Both the position numbers and the translations under genes were made by a program. 64,000 nt of DNA from the human T2T-CHM13v2.0 reference genome, Homo sapiens. The stretch lies in assembly GCF_009914755.1 (NCBI RefSeq), contig NC_060927.1; one strand, given 5' to 3'. This document shows, one piece after another, positions 1 to 11,792 of the stretch; positions within the stretch are counted from its first letter, which is position 1; every line of letters begins with the position of its first letter. Under the pieces are notes generated by a model. It was given only the letters and a program-made list of their open reading frames with translations. It was not told the DNA's origin and made no database searches.

Positions 1-169
1 AAAAACCAATTAAAAAAAAAAAAAAACTGCTGCCTGTCTCTGAATCTGAAGTGTGTGAGAATGGAAATTAGCTGTTCCCTAATTTCCTAATGTTCCCTGC
101 CACTGACCAGTCCTCCCAGCAAGAAAGGAGAGAATAACCTGGCCCAACTAAGGAAGAAAAGTAGGTCAG

Positions 170-525
170 TGATATGGTTTGGCTGTGTCCCTACCCAGAT
201 CTCATCTTGAATTCCCACACATGGCGGGAGGGACCTGGTGGGAGGTAACTGACTCCCCCCAAGGGACATGGGGGCAGATCTTTCCTGTGCTGTTCTCCTG
301 ATAGTGAATAAGTCTCACAAAATCCAATGGTTTTAAAAATGGGAGTTTCCCTGCACAAGCTCTCTTCTCTTGTCTGCCACCATGTGAGATGTGCCTTTCA
401 CCTTCCACCATGATTATGAGGCCTCCCCAGCCTCATGGAACTGTGAGTCCGTTAAATCTCTCTCTTTTGTAAATTGCCCAGTCTCAGGTATGTCTTTATC
501 AGCAGCATGAAAATAGACTAATACA
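170..525 (+). mobile_element. THE1 (MaLR) solo LTR, THE1B-like
   Basis: Starts TGATATGGTTTGGCTGTGTCC, ends ...GACTAATACA; internal GTCTCAGGTATGTCTTTATCAGCAGC typical of THE1 LTRs. Confidence 0.9.
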
Positions 526-624
526 GCCTGGGAAAGTACAAGAGAAATACTATCTTTCTTCTTCTTTTAAATTTTAAACAAATTAGAGAGTTGATTAATT
601 TGAAATAGACTAAACTTGACTTTT

Positions 625-1010
625 AAAAGAGACCCAAAAAATGACGGCATAAATAAGATAGAAGTGTACATCTCTCTCACATAATAGTCTAGAGGTAAAT
701 GCTCCAGGCTGGCACGACAGCCAGTACTCCACATGGACATTCAGGGAGCCAGGTTCTTTCCATCTTGTGGCCTTGCCTCCCTCTGGGTTGCTGTCCTCCT
801 CTCTGGTTTATGTAGAGTTCTGCAGTATTCCACTTGGTAGGGAAGGGGCAAGATAGCAAGTGGAAGGTGGGAAATTAAGGAAGTGACATTGAATTTGCAC
901 ACAACACTTGTGATCACATTGTGTTGATGAGAACATGGCCACACCTAGCTGCGAAGGAGGCTGGGAAATATGGTGTCTATCTGGATGGCGATATGCTCAG
1001 CTAGAAACCT
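625..1010. mobile_element. Old MLT1-family LTR fragment
   Basis: Motifs AATAAGATAGAAGT...TCTCTCACATAA and CACACCTAGCTGCGAAGGAGGCTGGGAAAT resemble MLT1K/L. Confidence 0.6.
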
Positions 1011-1418
1011 ATTGTAGGGGAAATAGAGAGAATGGATTTGGGAGAAGGGTCCTGGAATTAAGTTTGCCACAGAGTAGTAGAAAGAGGTAAAAATATAATT
1101 TTTTTTGTCTATTTCTATCGAATGTGTGAATACTAATGCCAAACATTACATGGTACCAGAGAATTTATAAAAATCTTTCTCATAAATTATTGCATTTAAT
1201 TCTCCAACATTGTCTTCCATTGAAGTAGATGTTATTTTGAAGTAGACCTTACCTACAATTGCAAATGAAAAGAATAAATGAGACTCAGAAGGATTATGAA
1301 TTTACCTAACCCGACCCAGCAGATAAATATAGAGCCAAGACTTGAATCCAGGGCTTCTTCACTCCAGTCTCAGAGGTCTACCATTTCTAGCCTCTGTAAC
1401 TTGTCCATCTCAACAGGT

Positions 1419-2334
1419 GTGAAAGAAAAAAAAAAATGACACTTGTTAAAGGTGGTAAGGGGGGACCATGACAACAGCTATAGGAGAAGAGAGATTGGAC
1501 TAACTCTCACTCCACTGAGGACAAGTAGGGATTCATAACCGAAGAGAAGGATGGGGTCAGTGGATGGAAAATCCCTAAGAGAAAACATCAAGCATAAGGA
1601 ATTTCTGGCCAAACTGACTCAGAAAGGATTATTTCTGAAGGCAAGTTAGGGTGATAAGATAACAGGGGTGGTCAGTTACTATAGGGAATGAGAAATATAT
1701 TTCTTTCCCATCCCTAGGTTCATGGCTGAGGCCACAATAACAAAAGACAGACTAACCAAAAAAAAAAAAAAAGGCATATAAAAATTGATTTAATGTAAGT
1801 TTTATGTGACACAAGAGCCCGTAGAAATGAAGACCCAAAGAAATAGGTAAGCCTGTGTATTTTTTTTGCTAAGTTTAATGAAGAGTGAGCAGTCCTGCAG
1901 AAGTATGATTGGCCAAAGGGGCATAATCTAATAGTAATAAGCTGGGGGGAATTTAGCAAGGCCTATCTATTTAGGTGGTGCTCTGTGTCCCTGTGTCTTC
2001 CGAGACAACGATGTTCCTTTCTTATGTATACAGGGAGGGCATCTCTGACATGAGGGTCTGATGACCTGCTTCAGGGGAGAAGGGCAAGGGGAAACTGAGA
2101 GTGACCTCCCTGTTCTACTGTTTACTCAAATGCCAAAGTGCCATATTTTGGGGTAGCATGTTCTGATTCCTATCACTACCAAGAGTGAGGGATTTTCCCT
2201 AAGCTGCCTTAGCAGGATTCTGGCTCACACTGGATTCTGCAAAGTTAGACAGGAAGCCCAAACTTGGGCCTCCTCAAGCAGAGGAATGAGAGGAGCCTGA
2301 CTAAAGCTTTGGTCAAAGGAGAGAGTATCTGTCA
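1419..2334 (-). mobile_element. ERV1-class LTR (MER31/MER67-like) interrupted by a second LTR
   Basis: Minus strand begins TGACAGATACTCTCTCCTTTGACCAAAGCTTTAGTCAGGCTCCTC; two segments at about 1419-1679 and 2176-2334. Confidence 0.55.
1680..2175 (-). mobile_element. ERV1-class LTR (MER34/MER39-like) nested in the previous LTR
   Basis: Minus strand begins TGATAGGAATCAGAACATGCTACCCCAAAATATGGCACTTTGGCAT; flanks TTAC/CTAC resemble a 4-bp TSD. Confidence 0.6.
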
Positions 2335-2903
2335 TACCAAGTTCTCTAAAGGTTCTCTGGTGCCTTTGTGTTCACCAAGTGGAATGTCCCATCAGCACAG
2401 AGAGTCTGACAGTGTAGTGTGCAGAATGAAAACCCGAGGACCTTGATTTAAATGCACCTGAATAGACCCCCAACCCCAGAAATTTGTGTGAGGTAGCTCT
2501 GGGTGTGAAGCCCTGGAAGCACCATGCCTTGGGAATCACTGCAGCAGATCCTACATTTTAGCATTGCATTTTGCTTAAACAGAGGGAAAGTATTTGATAT
2601 TTCTGTCTATTCTTTCCCTTTCTTTACCTCCCATGCTTATGTGTTACCTTACATTTTGAAACTGTTGCCTTCTGAATTATCTTTGCTTATCTTTTTTTGA
2701 AGCAACTGTAACTTCATCAAGTAAACAATAACAAAATGCAAAAAACTAATTTTGGAAGCCACCATGATATCTTCTCTAAGAGAAGCTTTCGAAGCTCTTG
2801 GTTGACTAGATGTTGAGAAGGTGGGTTTATACCCTGATGTTTGAAAGAAGAGAGAAAAACTATTTTTTTAACCAAAAATACTTAACATTGTATTCACATT
2901 ACC

Positions 2904-2933
2904 TGTGTGTGTGTGCGCGCGTGTGTGTGTATA
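2904..2933. repeat. (TG)n(CG)n(TG)n alternating purine-pyrimidine tract
   Basis: TGTGTGTGTGTGCGCGCGTGTGTGTGTATA read directly. Confidence 0.9.
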
Positions 2934-3504
2934 ATGTGCTTTTATGCATATCTTTGTTTCTCCAACAGAAATTTCACAGGGATTTCTATCTGGCTTTATG
3001 TTACCCTGACAATTCCCACTCAATCACATTGAGCTTTTTATTTGCCTTTTTCTCTGTCAGACACTAGGATGAATTTAAATTCCATTCCCTCTCCAACTGC
3101 CCCTCTGATGTGTTTGTACTTTTTACATTCCCTTTCCCTGTAGAATCTGAAGGAAATTCTTTTGGGCTTTTAGCTTTCCCTCAGAGTCAGAAACTTTTGT
3201 GTTGCTAATAGAACTTGGCTTCATTAGCATTTCAAATCCTGGGATGCTCTTAAAGATCAGAGTTAGATCTAAGGGGCTCTCTCCAGCCACAACCTGATTT
3301 ATCAAACCTGTTTAACTGAAATCTCCAGTGGCCAATGCCTTTGACCTTATTTCTGCCAGCACATTTCATCAGAAAATTCTTTTCAAGGATTCTAGAGAAA
3401 GATACATGCATGATCTGAGAAGTTTTACTTTTGTCCCTCTCACTGCCTTATATATTGTCTGCAAAAAGCCATACTCTGCTTCATCACCTTTGGGGGTTTA
3501 GGTC

Positions 3505-3700
3505 ATGGGTAGATGATGGATCAGAGAGTGAATGGATGGGTGGATAGGTAGATGGGTATATGAGCAAGTGGATGTGTGGATAACTAGAAGGGTGGATGGA
3601 TTGGTGGATGGATGAGTAAATGGAGGGATGGGTGGATATCAGGTAGAAGAACGGGTAGGTGAATGGATGGATGGATGGATGGAAAGATAACAGATGATAA
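3505..3700. repeat. Degenerate (GATG)n/(GGAT)n simple repeat
   Basis: Many TGGATGGA units. Confidence 0.85.
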
Positions 3701-4205
3701 CACAAGATAGATTAATAATGCAAGTCTTCCATCTTATGCAATACCTTTGCCATTTAATTAATTTATAATCAGCCCTAAGGTGCTGAGGCTCAACACCACT
3801 TATGCAAAAAAAAAAAAAAAAAACAGAGTCATATGATCTATTATGATCTATTTCCTGTCTTCCACAGGGGCAGCAGGGTGGGGCTTGCCAATTATTTCAT
3901 GGTCATTCTGACTCAGTGTGTGCTTTGTGAAATGAAAGAAACCATCTTCCTTTATAGTATATATAAATATAAAAATGCTTCAGTGTGGTAGTACTTAACT
4001 AGGTATATGCAGCAAATTCTCTTAGAGAACTTGCCCTAATTACATATTTGCAGCCCCTACCCCCTCCACCTGCAGCCTGAAATGTGCATTCTGGTTGAAA
4101 ATGACTACTCTGACAGAAGATTCTCTGGTACAGGTAGTATTTGAGTGGTATTGAGCAATATGTATCGGACTTCATTTTGTCCTTGCAGACATTGCACTAA
4201 CATTT

Positions 4206-4518
<313 letters not shown>

Positions 4519-4539
4519 TTGCACTGACATTTCCTAAGT

Positions 4540-4735
4540 ACTTGTATTACCTCATTTAATCTTTACCACAACTCTTTGACGTAGGTACCATTAATATTTA
4601 CATTTTGCAGGTGAGAGAATATAGAAGTTAAGTAACTTTGCCTAGCCAGACAGCTAGTAAGAAGCAAAGCTGGGGTTTAAACACAGGTAGTGTCTAAACT
4701 CTGTGGCCCCACCTACCATGTTACACTGCCTCTCT
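4540..4735. mobile_element. MIR
   Basis: CTCATTTAATC...CATTTTGCAGGTGAG...GTTAAGTAACTTTGCC core. Confidence 0.7.
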
Positions 4736-5706
4736 AATCATTAAGCTGACCTTTGAGAGCACTATGCTGCAATAGAGCTTTCTGCAATGATGGAAACATT
4801 CTATGTCTGCACTGTCCTATTAATGTGAAAGCCACCAGTCATATGAGGCTGTTGCACCCTTGAAATATGGTTAATGTGACTGAGAACTCATTTTTAATTG
4901 TTTAATTTTAATTAGTTTAAACAGCAGAGTTTAAAAGCCGACTAACAGTTTCTGTTCATACATATGATCTCAAAAAATGAAGTGCTGAACTAGGAATTAA
5001 GGCAGGCATCTCAGTTGTAGACATTATCCTTTATTAATAATATTAACACGAAATAATTGCAAAGCACTCTTAGAATCCTTTGTGCTTCCTTCCATCCTTG
5101 AAAAGAGTCTAGCTGTTCTTCTAAGCACTCTGTCAACTAAGTGGCACATCTAATCTTAGCTTATTGGAAGATGTATTGAGATGAGACAAAATTCACGTGG
5201 AATAGCATAGGGAAGTCACAGGCAAGCTGCAGCATGGTAGTGCCATTGGCATTTATTCTCAGGAGTCACCATTACATTTTCCATCTCTCAAATGTTGCCA
5301 TCATATATGGGACTGAGGTGGGGTGTTCGTGGAAATAATGCACTTTAAAGCAGGGTTTAATAGTGGAAGAACAGGGGTATCTGCACACATTTTGAAGGCA
5401 GAGATGTTACCCAAAACTCCTTCTTATGGAAGGAAATGAAGACAATAAGGTAGAAAAGTGAGAAATTACCAGCCAAGAGAGAAAGAAAGATGATTCTGGA
5501 TGAAGTAATATAATGCATTCTAGATGAATAATATAATAAAAAGCCCTATTATTCTTCATGAGATACACAAGTTGAAACTGAATTAAGCTTTTAAAAGGGA
5601 AGGAAAAGTAAAGTGTTAACAAAACCCAAATGTATATAGCTAGGTTTTATAAGGATACAGACAAGGCAATGTAGAATTCTGTGAAATTGTTAAATGTTGG
5701 TTTAGA

Positions 5707-5927
5707 ACAGAGGTGGACAAACTACAGCCCATGAGCAAAACCTAGTCCACTATCAGTTTTTGTAAATTAAGTTTTATTAAGTACATCCATGCCCATTAAT
5801 TTATTATATAGTCTGTGGCTCCTTTATACTACAGTGGCATAGTTGAGCAGTTGCAACAGAGACTGTATAGCCTGCAAAGCCTAAAATATTTCCAGTGGCC
5901 CCGTACAGAAAATGTTTGCTGACCCCG
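5707..5927 (+). mobile_element. MER58A-like hAT-Charlie MITE
   Basis: CAGAGGTGGACAAACTACAGCCC...AAATGTTTGCTGACCCC terminal inverted repeats. Confidence 0.8.
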
Positions 5928-5959
5928 GTTTTAGAACAAAAAGGTAACATATATTCACA

Positions 5960-6560
5960 TAACTGCTTTGGAGTACAATTTTGTGCGTCCATCAAATTTT
6001 AAGATGCTCATAATCCTTGTTCTGGTAACACCGCTACTAGAATTTTATCCAGCAGACGTATTGGTGCACATGCCCACAGGGCTTCTTTGCACTAACCTAA
6101 TAGTACTAAAAAAGTAGAAACAACCTAAATGTCTTAACAGCTGGCCATTGGTTAAATGAAATGCAGTGCATTGATGTACAGAGATTCTAACTTATTTTTT
6201 AAATGAGGTAGTTCTATATGTATTATTTATTTTGAAGGGATGTTCAAGAAATATTGCTAAATTTAAAAGTGTTGCAGAGCAATATGTATCATAAGACCAT
6301 ACTGGTATAATAGCAACAAACAGCACCCCCCAACACAATCCCAAAAAAATATACAGATCTATGCCAAGCACCAGTTAAGATGCCTGGCACATGGTAGGTA
6401 TTCAACATTTAATGAATACATGTAGAGGACTTTTACTTTTCACTTTATATCTTTTGGACTAGACTTTGAATTTTTATGAGCATGTATTACTTAAATCTAG
6501 ATTTATAGGGAGTGATGGAAAATGTGAAAATAAAATTTTAAAAAGGAAAAGAAAGAGTAA
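5960..6560 (+). mobile_element. Old L1M(E) 3' fragment
   Basis: GTAGAAACAACCTAAATGTC...GGTTAAATGAAAT similarity to L1ME 3' ends. Confidence 0.5.
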
Positions 6561-9500
6561 AGATCTAGATTTAAAAAAGGAAATGTAAACAAGATGAAAT
6601 AGCCAAAGATAGGTCTCCCCAAAACTAATGTTGAGACAATGCCACCAGCAGTGACAGTCAGCTAAGAGATGGTTCGCAGCTCACTGCTCAGTACTGAGGC
6701 ATTCAGCAGGGGTTGTATTTAACTTTCAAGTTGGAACCAACCGAAACTGTTGGGCTTGAAGAGCTGTCTTTATGAGTCATCGACGGCAGAAAGCACAGAA
6801 GCACTAAAGAAAATAATTCAGAAATGTGGAAAGAGAAAAGTATGCCCTTGTCTTGGGAGAACAATATTTGTGTGTAACCAAGTAGGAAGACTTTGTGGAG
6901 GAAAGTCTGAAAAAGCAGAGAGCTGAAGAGAAAAGAGCCAAATGAAGGACACGGTGGCCAACACTCAAAGTAAAAAGACATTTTTGAAGAAGATGTGTTT
7001 CTAGGGTTTCTAAGAAGTCGCTATACTCATGCCCAGAGCCACCTTGCAAGTTCATTTGGAAAGTGCATTGGTGTCTTTTGGTATAAGATCCACGAACATC
7101 AACAGTCCTGTTATGTGAGCAGGTGTTCATACTGAAGGGCCACAAGCAAAGTTTCCATGTGTTATTACTGTTAGAACTTCCCCCGCTCCCTTCCAACACA
7201 AAAGCAGCTCTGCCTGCTAGTATGGAAGCCCTGGGAAGAGCCTCATACTTGCCTCGTGCTGCCAACATCTCTGCCTTGGCTTCCCTGCTGGAACACACAA
7301 GTCACTCAGTACTAGCCATTTATTCTTCTGGCAGAACTGTGGCAAGAGGGGATTAACAGGGAAAAAAAATTAAAAAACAAACAAAAAGCCAAAACAACAT
7401 GAAAGAGCTGGGCATGTCTTTAAAACAATCAGTGTCCACCTCCCCCAGCCCTGTGCCTGTGTCTGCCTGCACTTTGCATGTCTGCCCCTGTGGTGGGGGG
7501 GGATATGTCTGCGCCTCTGAAAATCTTCTTATTTAGACATCACAAGGTATTAGCCCAATTTTGAACACAGCCGGCTGCAGTACGGTGCACAGACACGACT
7601 GCTCTTTCTTCAGAAAACTCTCCAGTTCAAACATGTTTGCAGAGCATGATTCATGGTGTTTCTTTCTGGATTGTCCAGTGGGTAATTGCTGTACGAAAAC
7701 CAGAGAAACAGATGTAGACCCTGAACCCTGGCTATAAATTTTTGTTTTATGATTATGGGTTTCAAATGTGCTGTGTCACACTGACAAATATACAGTTACT
7801 CTGAAACAAAATGGATTTTACTCTCAAAGTTTTGCTTTTTGTTTTTCACTTTTTGTTTGCTTGTTGGTTGGAAATACATTTATTAGATCATTGATCAAAC
7901 ACAAAGAAAATAGAGATGACACATATCAGAATGTTATTTTATGCCATAACAAGAAGATATTTGGGAAAGTTTCTTCCAACCCTGTGGCTAATGTTTAAAA
8001 TGGGTGTCAGTAGTTTACATTTCATTACGGACAAATCGGTCTATTTTTCACTTTCTACCCTACTCATTAATCTTTATAGTGCACGGATCTGTATTTAAAG
8101 AATTATGGCTTATTTATGTATCTTTCCTTCATTTTACTTAAAATGAAGAATTTGGAGACAGAATCAAGTTTTCAAGAAGTGTAAGCATTTACTGATGAAG
8201 AAATAATTAGCATGTGGCTAAATCATGGGTCTGTTTTATAAATTAATACTTGGATTAAGTAATAGCTCTAATTATTGCTATCAGCATAATTAATTCATGA
8301 TGAGGAATGATTAATTGACTAGCGAATATTGTCATATTATAAGAAACCCATACTATTCCTTTCATGGGGATTTAAATACTGATTATTCATTTCAAGGCCC
8401 AAGTTCATTTCTCAGTTGAGAACTTCAAGGTAATTATATATTTTACATTTTCTTGCACAAAGAAAGAAAACATCGAGTCGCCCAACCTTTACCACACACA
8501 GAGAGAGACACACTAATGTTGTTATTTTTGTGCAATGATACAGTATAGAGGTAAGAAATTCGGAAGCAGTGGTCTCGCTCAATGAGGCTGATTCCATAGC
8601 TTAAGAAATGAGAATGAACAGAATTTTGAGGACACCCATCCCCATCTTCACTTCCCTGGGACCAGTGCATCTCTACTCTTTGGAGAGATGTTAAGCAAGA
8701 ATGTGCAGCAGCCTCCCCTGGATAACAGATCCCTGTACACACATACCTGTCAGTGATGCCATGTTTCTCATCTCTAACTTAAGTTTCTCCTGCTCTACTT
8801 CCAATATAGCTGTTTCCTCTTCTCTTGTCTAACAACTTTTCATCCACCTCCACTGTCCGGTAAAAATGAACTCAGTTTCCAAGGAACTCTAAGGACCTTA
8901 AATAAGCATTTGGAGCCATAAGCCTCATGGACCAAGTAGAAATTGGCACATAATGTAGTGCTTTGTGTATCTTTACAACTACCTTAATGACAGTGTGTTA
9001 AATGTTTTGTAAATTCCTCTGTGTTCTCTTGCTTAAAATGTGTGTTTTCTTTGTAGTTAAAGGGTTTCTTACAATAAGTCTCTGTTACAAAATGATGGCC
9101 ATATAAAAGAGAGAAGAGAGGCGCAAAAATAACAAACACAGATTCAGCAAAAATCTCACCCCTTTATTGCCCTGAACTTTTCAATAGCAAGAACTGAGCT
9201 TGCTGGGCTGAAAATTGTTTTAATGTACCTTCATAAAAGGATCTTTGACTTGGTAAGTGTGTGCGATGCATACTTTTCATGTTACACCACAAGTGCCACT
9301 TAGCAACTCCACTAGACAGGGCAGTGTTTCAGCATGGGGTGGGGTGCCCCCTGACAGGCTTTTAAAAGGCCCGGATGCCAATGCACATTCCAACACTATC
9401 CACAAAAAGGAGACTGGAGCAGTGCTCTTCCCTGCATTGGGCAAGGAGACTCTCCCTCCCTGCCTAACCACTTGCCTGCCCTGTTTTGTGGGAGAATTAC

Positions 9501-9989
9501 AAGTAAATGCTACAGAGGCAGTGGAGAAAAAAGGGTGTTTTAATTCCTCTCCAGAGTTTCCTTTATTTGATGTATGTTGCATCCTTTAAACAAGTTGTGC
9601 AAAATGGCTGCAGGGTAGATTGGCTCTCCCTTTTAAAGCTCTCCATCCGGCTGGGTTTATTTGTAAATACTGCATCTATCCTTCTTAGTGTTTTAGGACT
9701 GGCTGGAAAGACTCTTCTTCCTGTAGGTTGGGTCAGTGTGAGAGATCTAAAAAATCATTTTCCCTTAAAATTACTGTATTTTAATAAAAGGATTGGGCAG
9801 GGGCTGGAATGAGAGAAAACTGGTCCTTCAAAATGTAAAACTGTCATACTTAAACCAGTTTACAAAATATGCGTTTAATTATGTGGTGGGATGTGTGTAG
9901 GTGTATGATGAGAGAGGCAACCAACATGGCTATTTGGGGTGCAAGGATGTGGGAACAGGCAAGTAATTTTCACATTGGACTTTCATCCT

Positions 9990-10320
9990 AGGGAGCTGGG
10001 TTCTAGTCACAGCTCTGAGCTGTGTGACCTTGGGTAGGTCTCATCTCCCCGGGGTTTTGTTTCACCAGTTGAACAGTATGAGGATGAGTCACAGCTAACA
10101 TTTGTTCCATGATATTTACCCAGCACCATACAAGTGTTATTTCTGTCCTCCCAGTTAACACTGACGTGGGTAGTATTATATGCCCATTTTACAGATGAGG
10201 AAACTGAAGCCTGAAGAAGTTAAATACTTATCCCAGAACACACAGCTGGTAAGTGGCAGACCTGGAATTGGAATCTAGTTCAGTTTGATTCCCCAACCCA
10301 TGCTCTTGACCACTATACTG
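9990..10320. mobile_element. MIR fragments
   Basis: TGTGTGACCTTGGG and CCCATTTTACAGATGAGGAAACTGAAGC MIR cores. Confidence 0.75.
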
Positions 10321-10978
10321 TTTTTTCAAGTCCAGATCTGAAATCTCATTTTCTGTGTGGCTGTGTGTTTGGGACAGGGGTAACCAATTCCTGACTACTC
10401 TATATGCTGCATAGAACCTGGAGAGGATTTTTCAAAGTAAATGAATCTCGAAAGCTGGATTGCAGAGCAAACGAGTGCAGTCAATTCAGCCAGGGGCTTG
10501 CAAGAGGGAGAAAGAGAAAAAGACTGTGGAATGGAAAGTTTCCCAACCCAAGCCTTTCCCAAGGGGTAGCCATTCTCTGTTCTACAGTTTAGGGCTTGCA
10601 TGTGCTTTTTCTGGAGTGGAAAAATACATAAGTTATAAGGAATTTAACAGACAGAAAGGCGCACAGAGGAATTTAAAGTGTGGGCTGGGGGGCGAGGCGG
10701 TGGGCGGGAGGCGAGCGGGCGCAGGCGGAACACCGTTTTCCAAGCTAAGCCGCCGCAAATAAAAAGGCGTAAAGGGAGAGAAGTTGGTGCTCAACGTGAG
10801 CCAGGAGCAGCGTCCCGGCTCCTCCCCTGCTCATTTTAAAAGCACTTCTTGTATTGTTTTTAAGGTGAGAAATAGGAAAGAAAACGCCGGCTTGTGCGCT
10901 CGCTGCCTGCCTCTCTGGCTGTCTGCTTTTGCAGGGCTGCTGGGAGTTTTTAAGCTCTGTGAGAATCCTGGGAGTTGG

Positions 10979-10986
10979 TGATGTCA
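10979..10986 (+). promoter_or_regulatory. RARB: CRE-like element TGATGTCA
   Basis: 7/8 match to TGACGTCA just upstream of the DR5s, as described for the RARbeta2 promoter. Confidence 0.7.
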
Positions 10987-10994
10987 GACTAGTT

Positions 10995-11011
10995 GGGTCA
11001 TTTGAAGGTTA
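10995..11011 (+). promoter_or_regulatory. RARB: Distal/auxiliary DR5 RARE GGGTCA tttga AGGTTA
   Basis: Two RGKTCA-like half-sites 5 bp apart, 30 bp upstream of the betaRARE. Confidence 0.8.
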
Positions 11012-11024
11012 GCAGCCCGGGTAG

Positions 11025-11041
11025 GGTTCACCGAAAGTTCA
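11025..11041 (+). promoter_or_regulatory. RARB: betaRARE (canonical DR5) GGTTCA ccgaa AGTTCA
   Basis: Exact match to the well-known RARbeta2 retinoic acid response element, 6 bp upstream of the TATA. Confidence 0.98.
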
Positions 11042-11047
11042 CTCGCA

Positions 11048-11054
11048 TATATTA
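11048..11054 (+). promoter_or_regulatory. RARB: TATA box (TATATTA) of P2; TSS about 11078
   Basis: TATATTA 30 bp upstream of GTGACAGAAGTAG, the remembered 5' end of RARbeta2 mRNA; puts the betaRARE at -53 to -37. Confidence 0.85.
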
Positions 11055-11336
11055 GGCAATTCAATCTTTCATTCTGTGTGACAGAAGTAGTAGGAAGTGA
11101 GCTGTTCAGAGGCAGGAGGGTCTATTCTTTGCCAAAGGGGGGACCAGAATTCCCCCATGCGAGCTGTTTGAGGACTGGGATGCCGAGAACGCGAGCGATC
11201 CGAGCAGGGTTTGTCTGGGCACCGTCGGGGTAGGATCCGGAACGCATTCGGAAGGCTTTTTGCAAGCATTTACTTGGAAGGAGAACTTGGGATCTTTCTG
11301 GGAACCCCCCGCCCCGGCTGGATTGGCCGAGCAAGC

Positions 11337-11352
11337 CTGGAAAATGGTAAAT
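11337..11352 (+). other. RARB: RARbeta4 CUG start (11337) and internal 5' splice site AAAATG|GTAAAT (11346/11347)
   Basis: CTG GAA AAT G spliced to CA ATT GAA at 44038 gives M-E-N-A-I-E-T-Q, the beta4 N-terminus; removes 357 nt (11347-11703). Confidence 0.85.
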
Positions 11353-11402
11353 GATCATTTGGATCAATTACAGGCTTTTAGCTGGCTTGTCTGTCATAAT
11401 TC

Positions 11403-11462
11403 ATGATTCGGGGCTGGGAAAAAGACCAACAGCCTACGTGCCAAAAAAGGGGCAGAGTTTGA
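11403..11462 (+). other. RARB: uORF encoding MIRGWEKDQQPTCQKRGRV (19 aa)
   Basis: Translated directly; matches my recollection of the mouse RARbeta2 inhibitory uORF4 peptide. Confidence 0.8.
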
Positions 11463-11513
11463 TGGAGTTGGGTGGACTTTTCTATGCCATTTGCCTCCAC
11501 ACCTAGAGGATAA

Positions 11514-11792
<279 letters not shown>

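Larger units (their letters stand above)
10659..11340. promoter_or_regulatory. RARB: CpG-rich island of the RARB P2 promoter/exon 1
   Basis: Dense CpGs (GGCGAGGCGGTGGGCGGGAGGCGAGCGGGCGC; CCGAGAACGCGAGCGATCCG) against a CpG-poor background; GC boxes at 10690-10730. Confidence 0.85.

Noticed and set aside
3505-3700. Periodic array resembling a CRISPR or satellite
   Set aside because: Degenerate GATG microsatellite with no repeat-spacer structure; no CRISPR anywhere in the window
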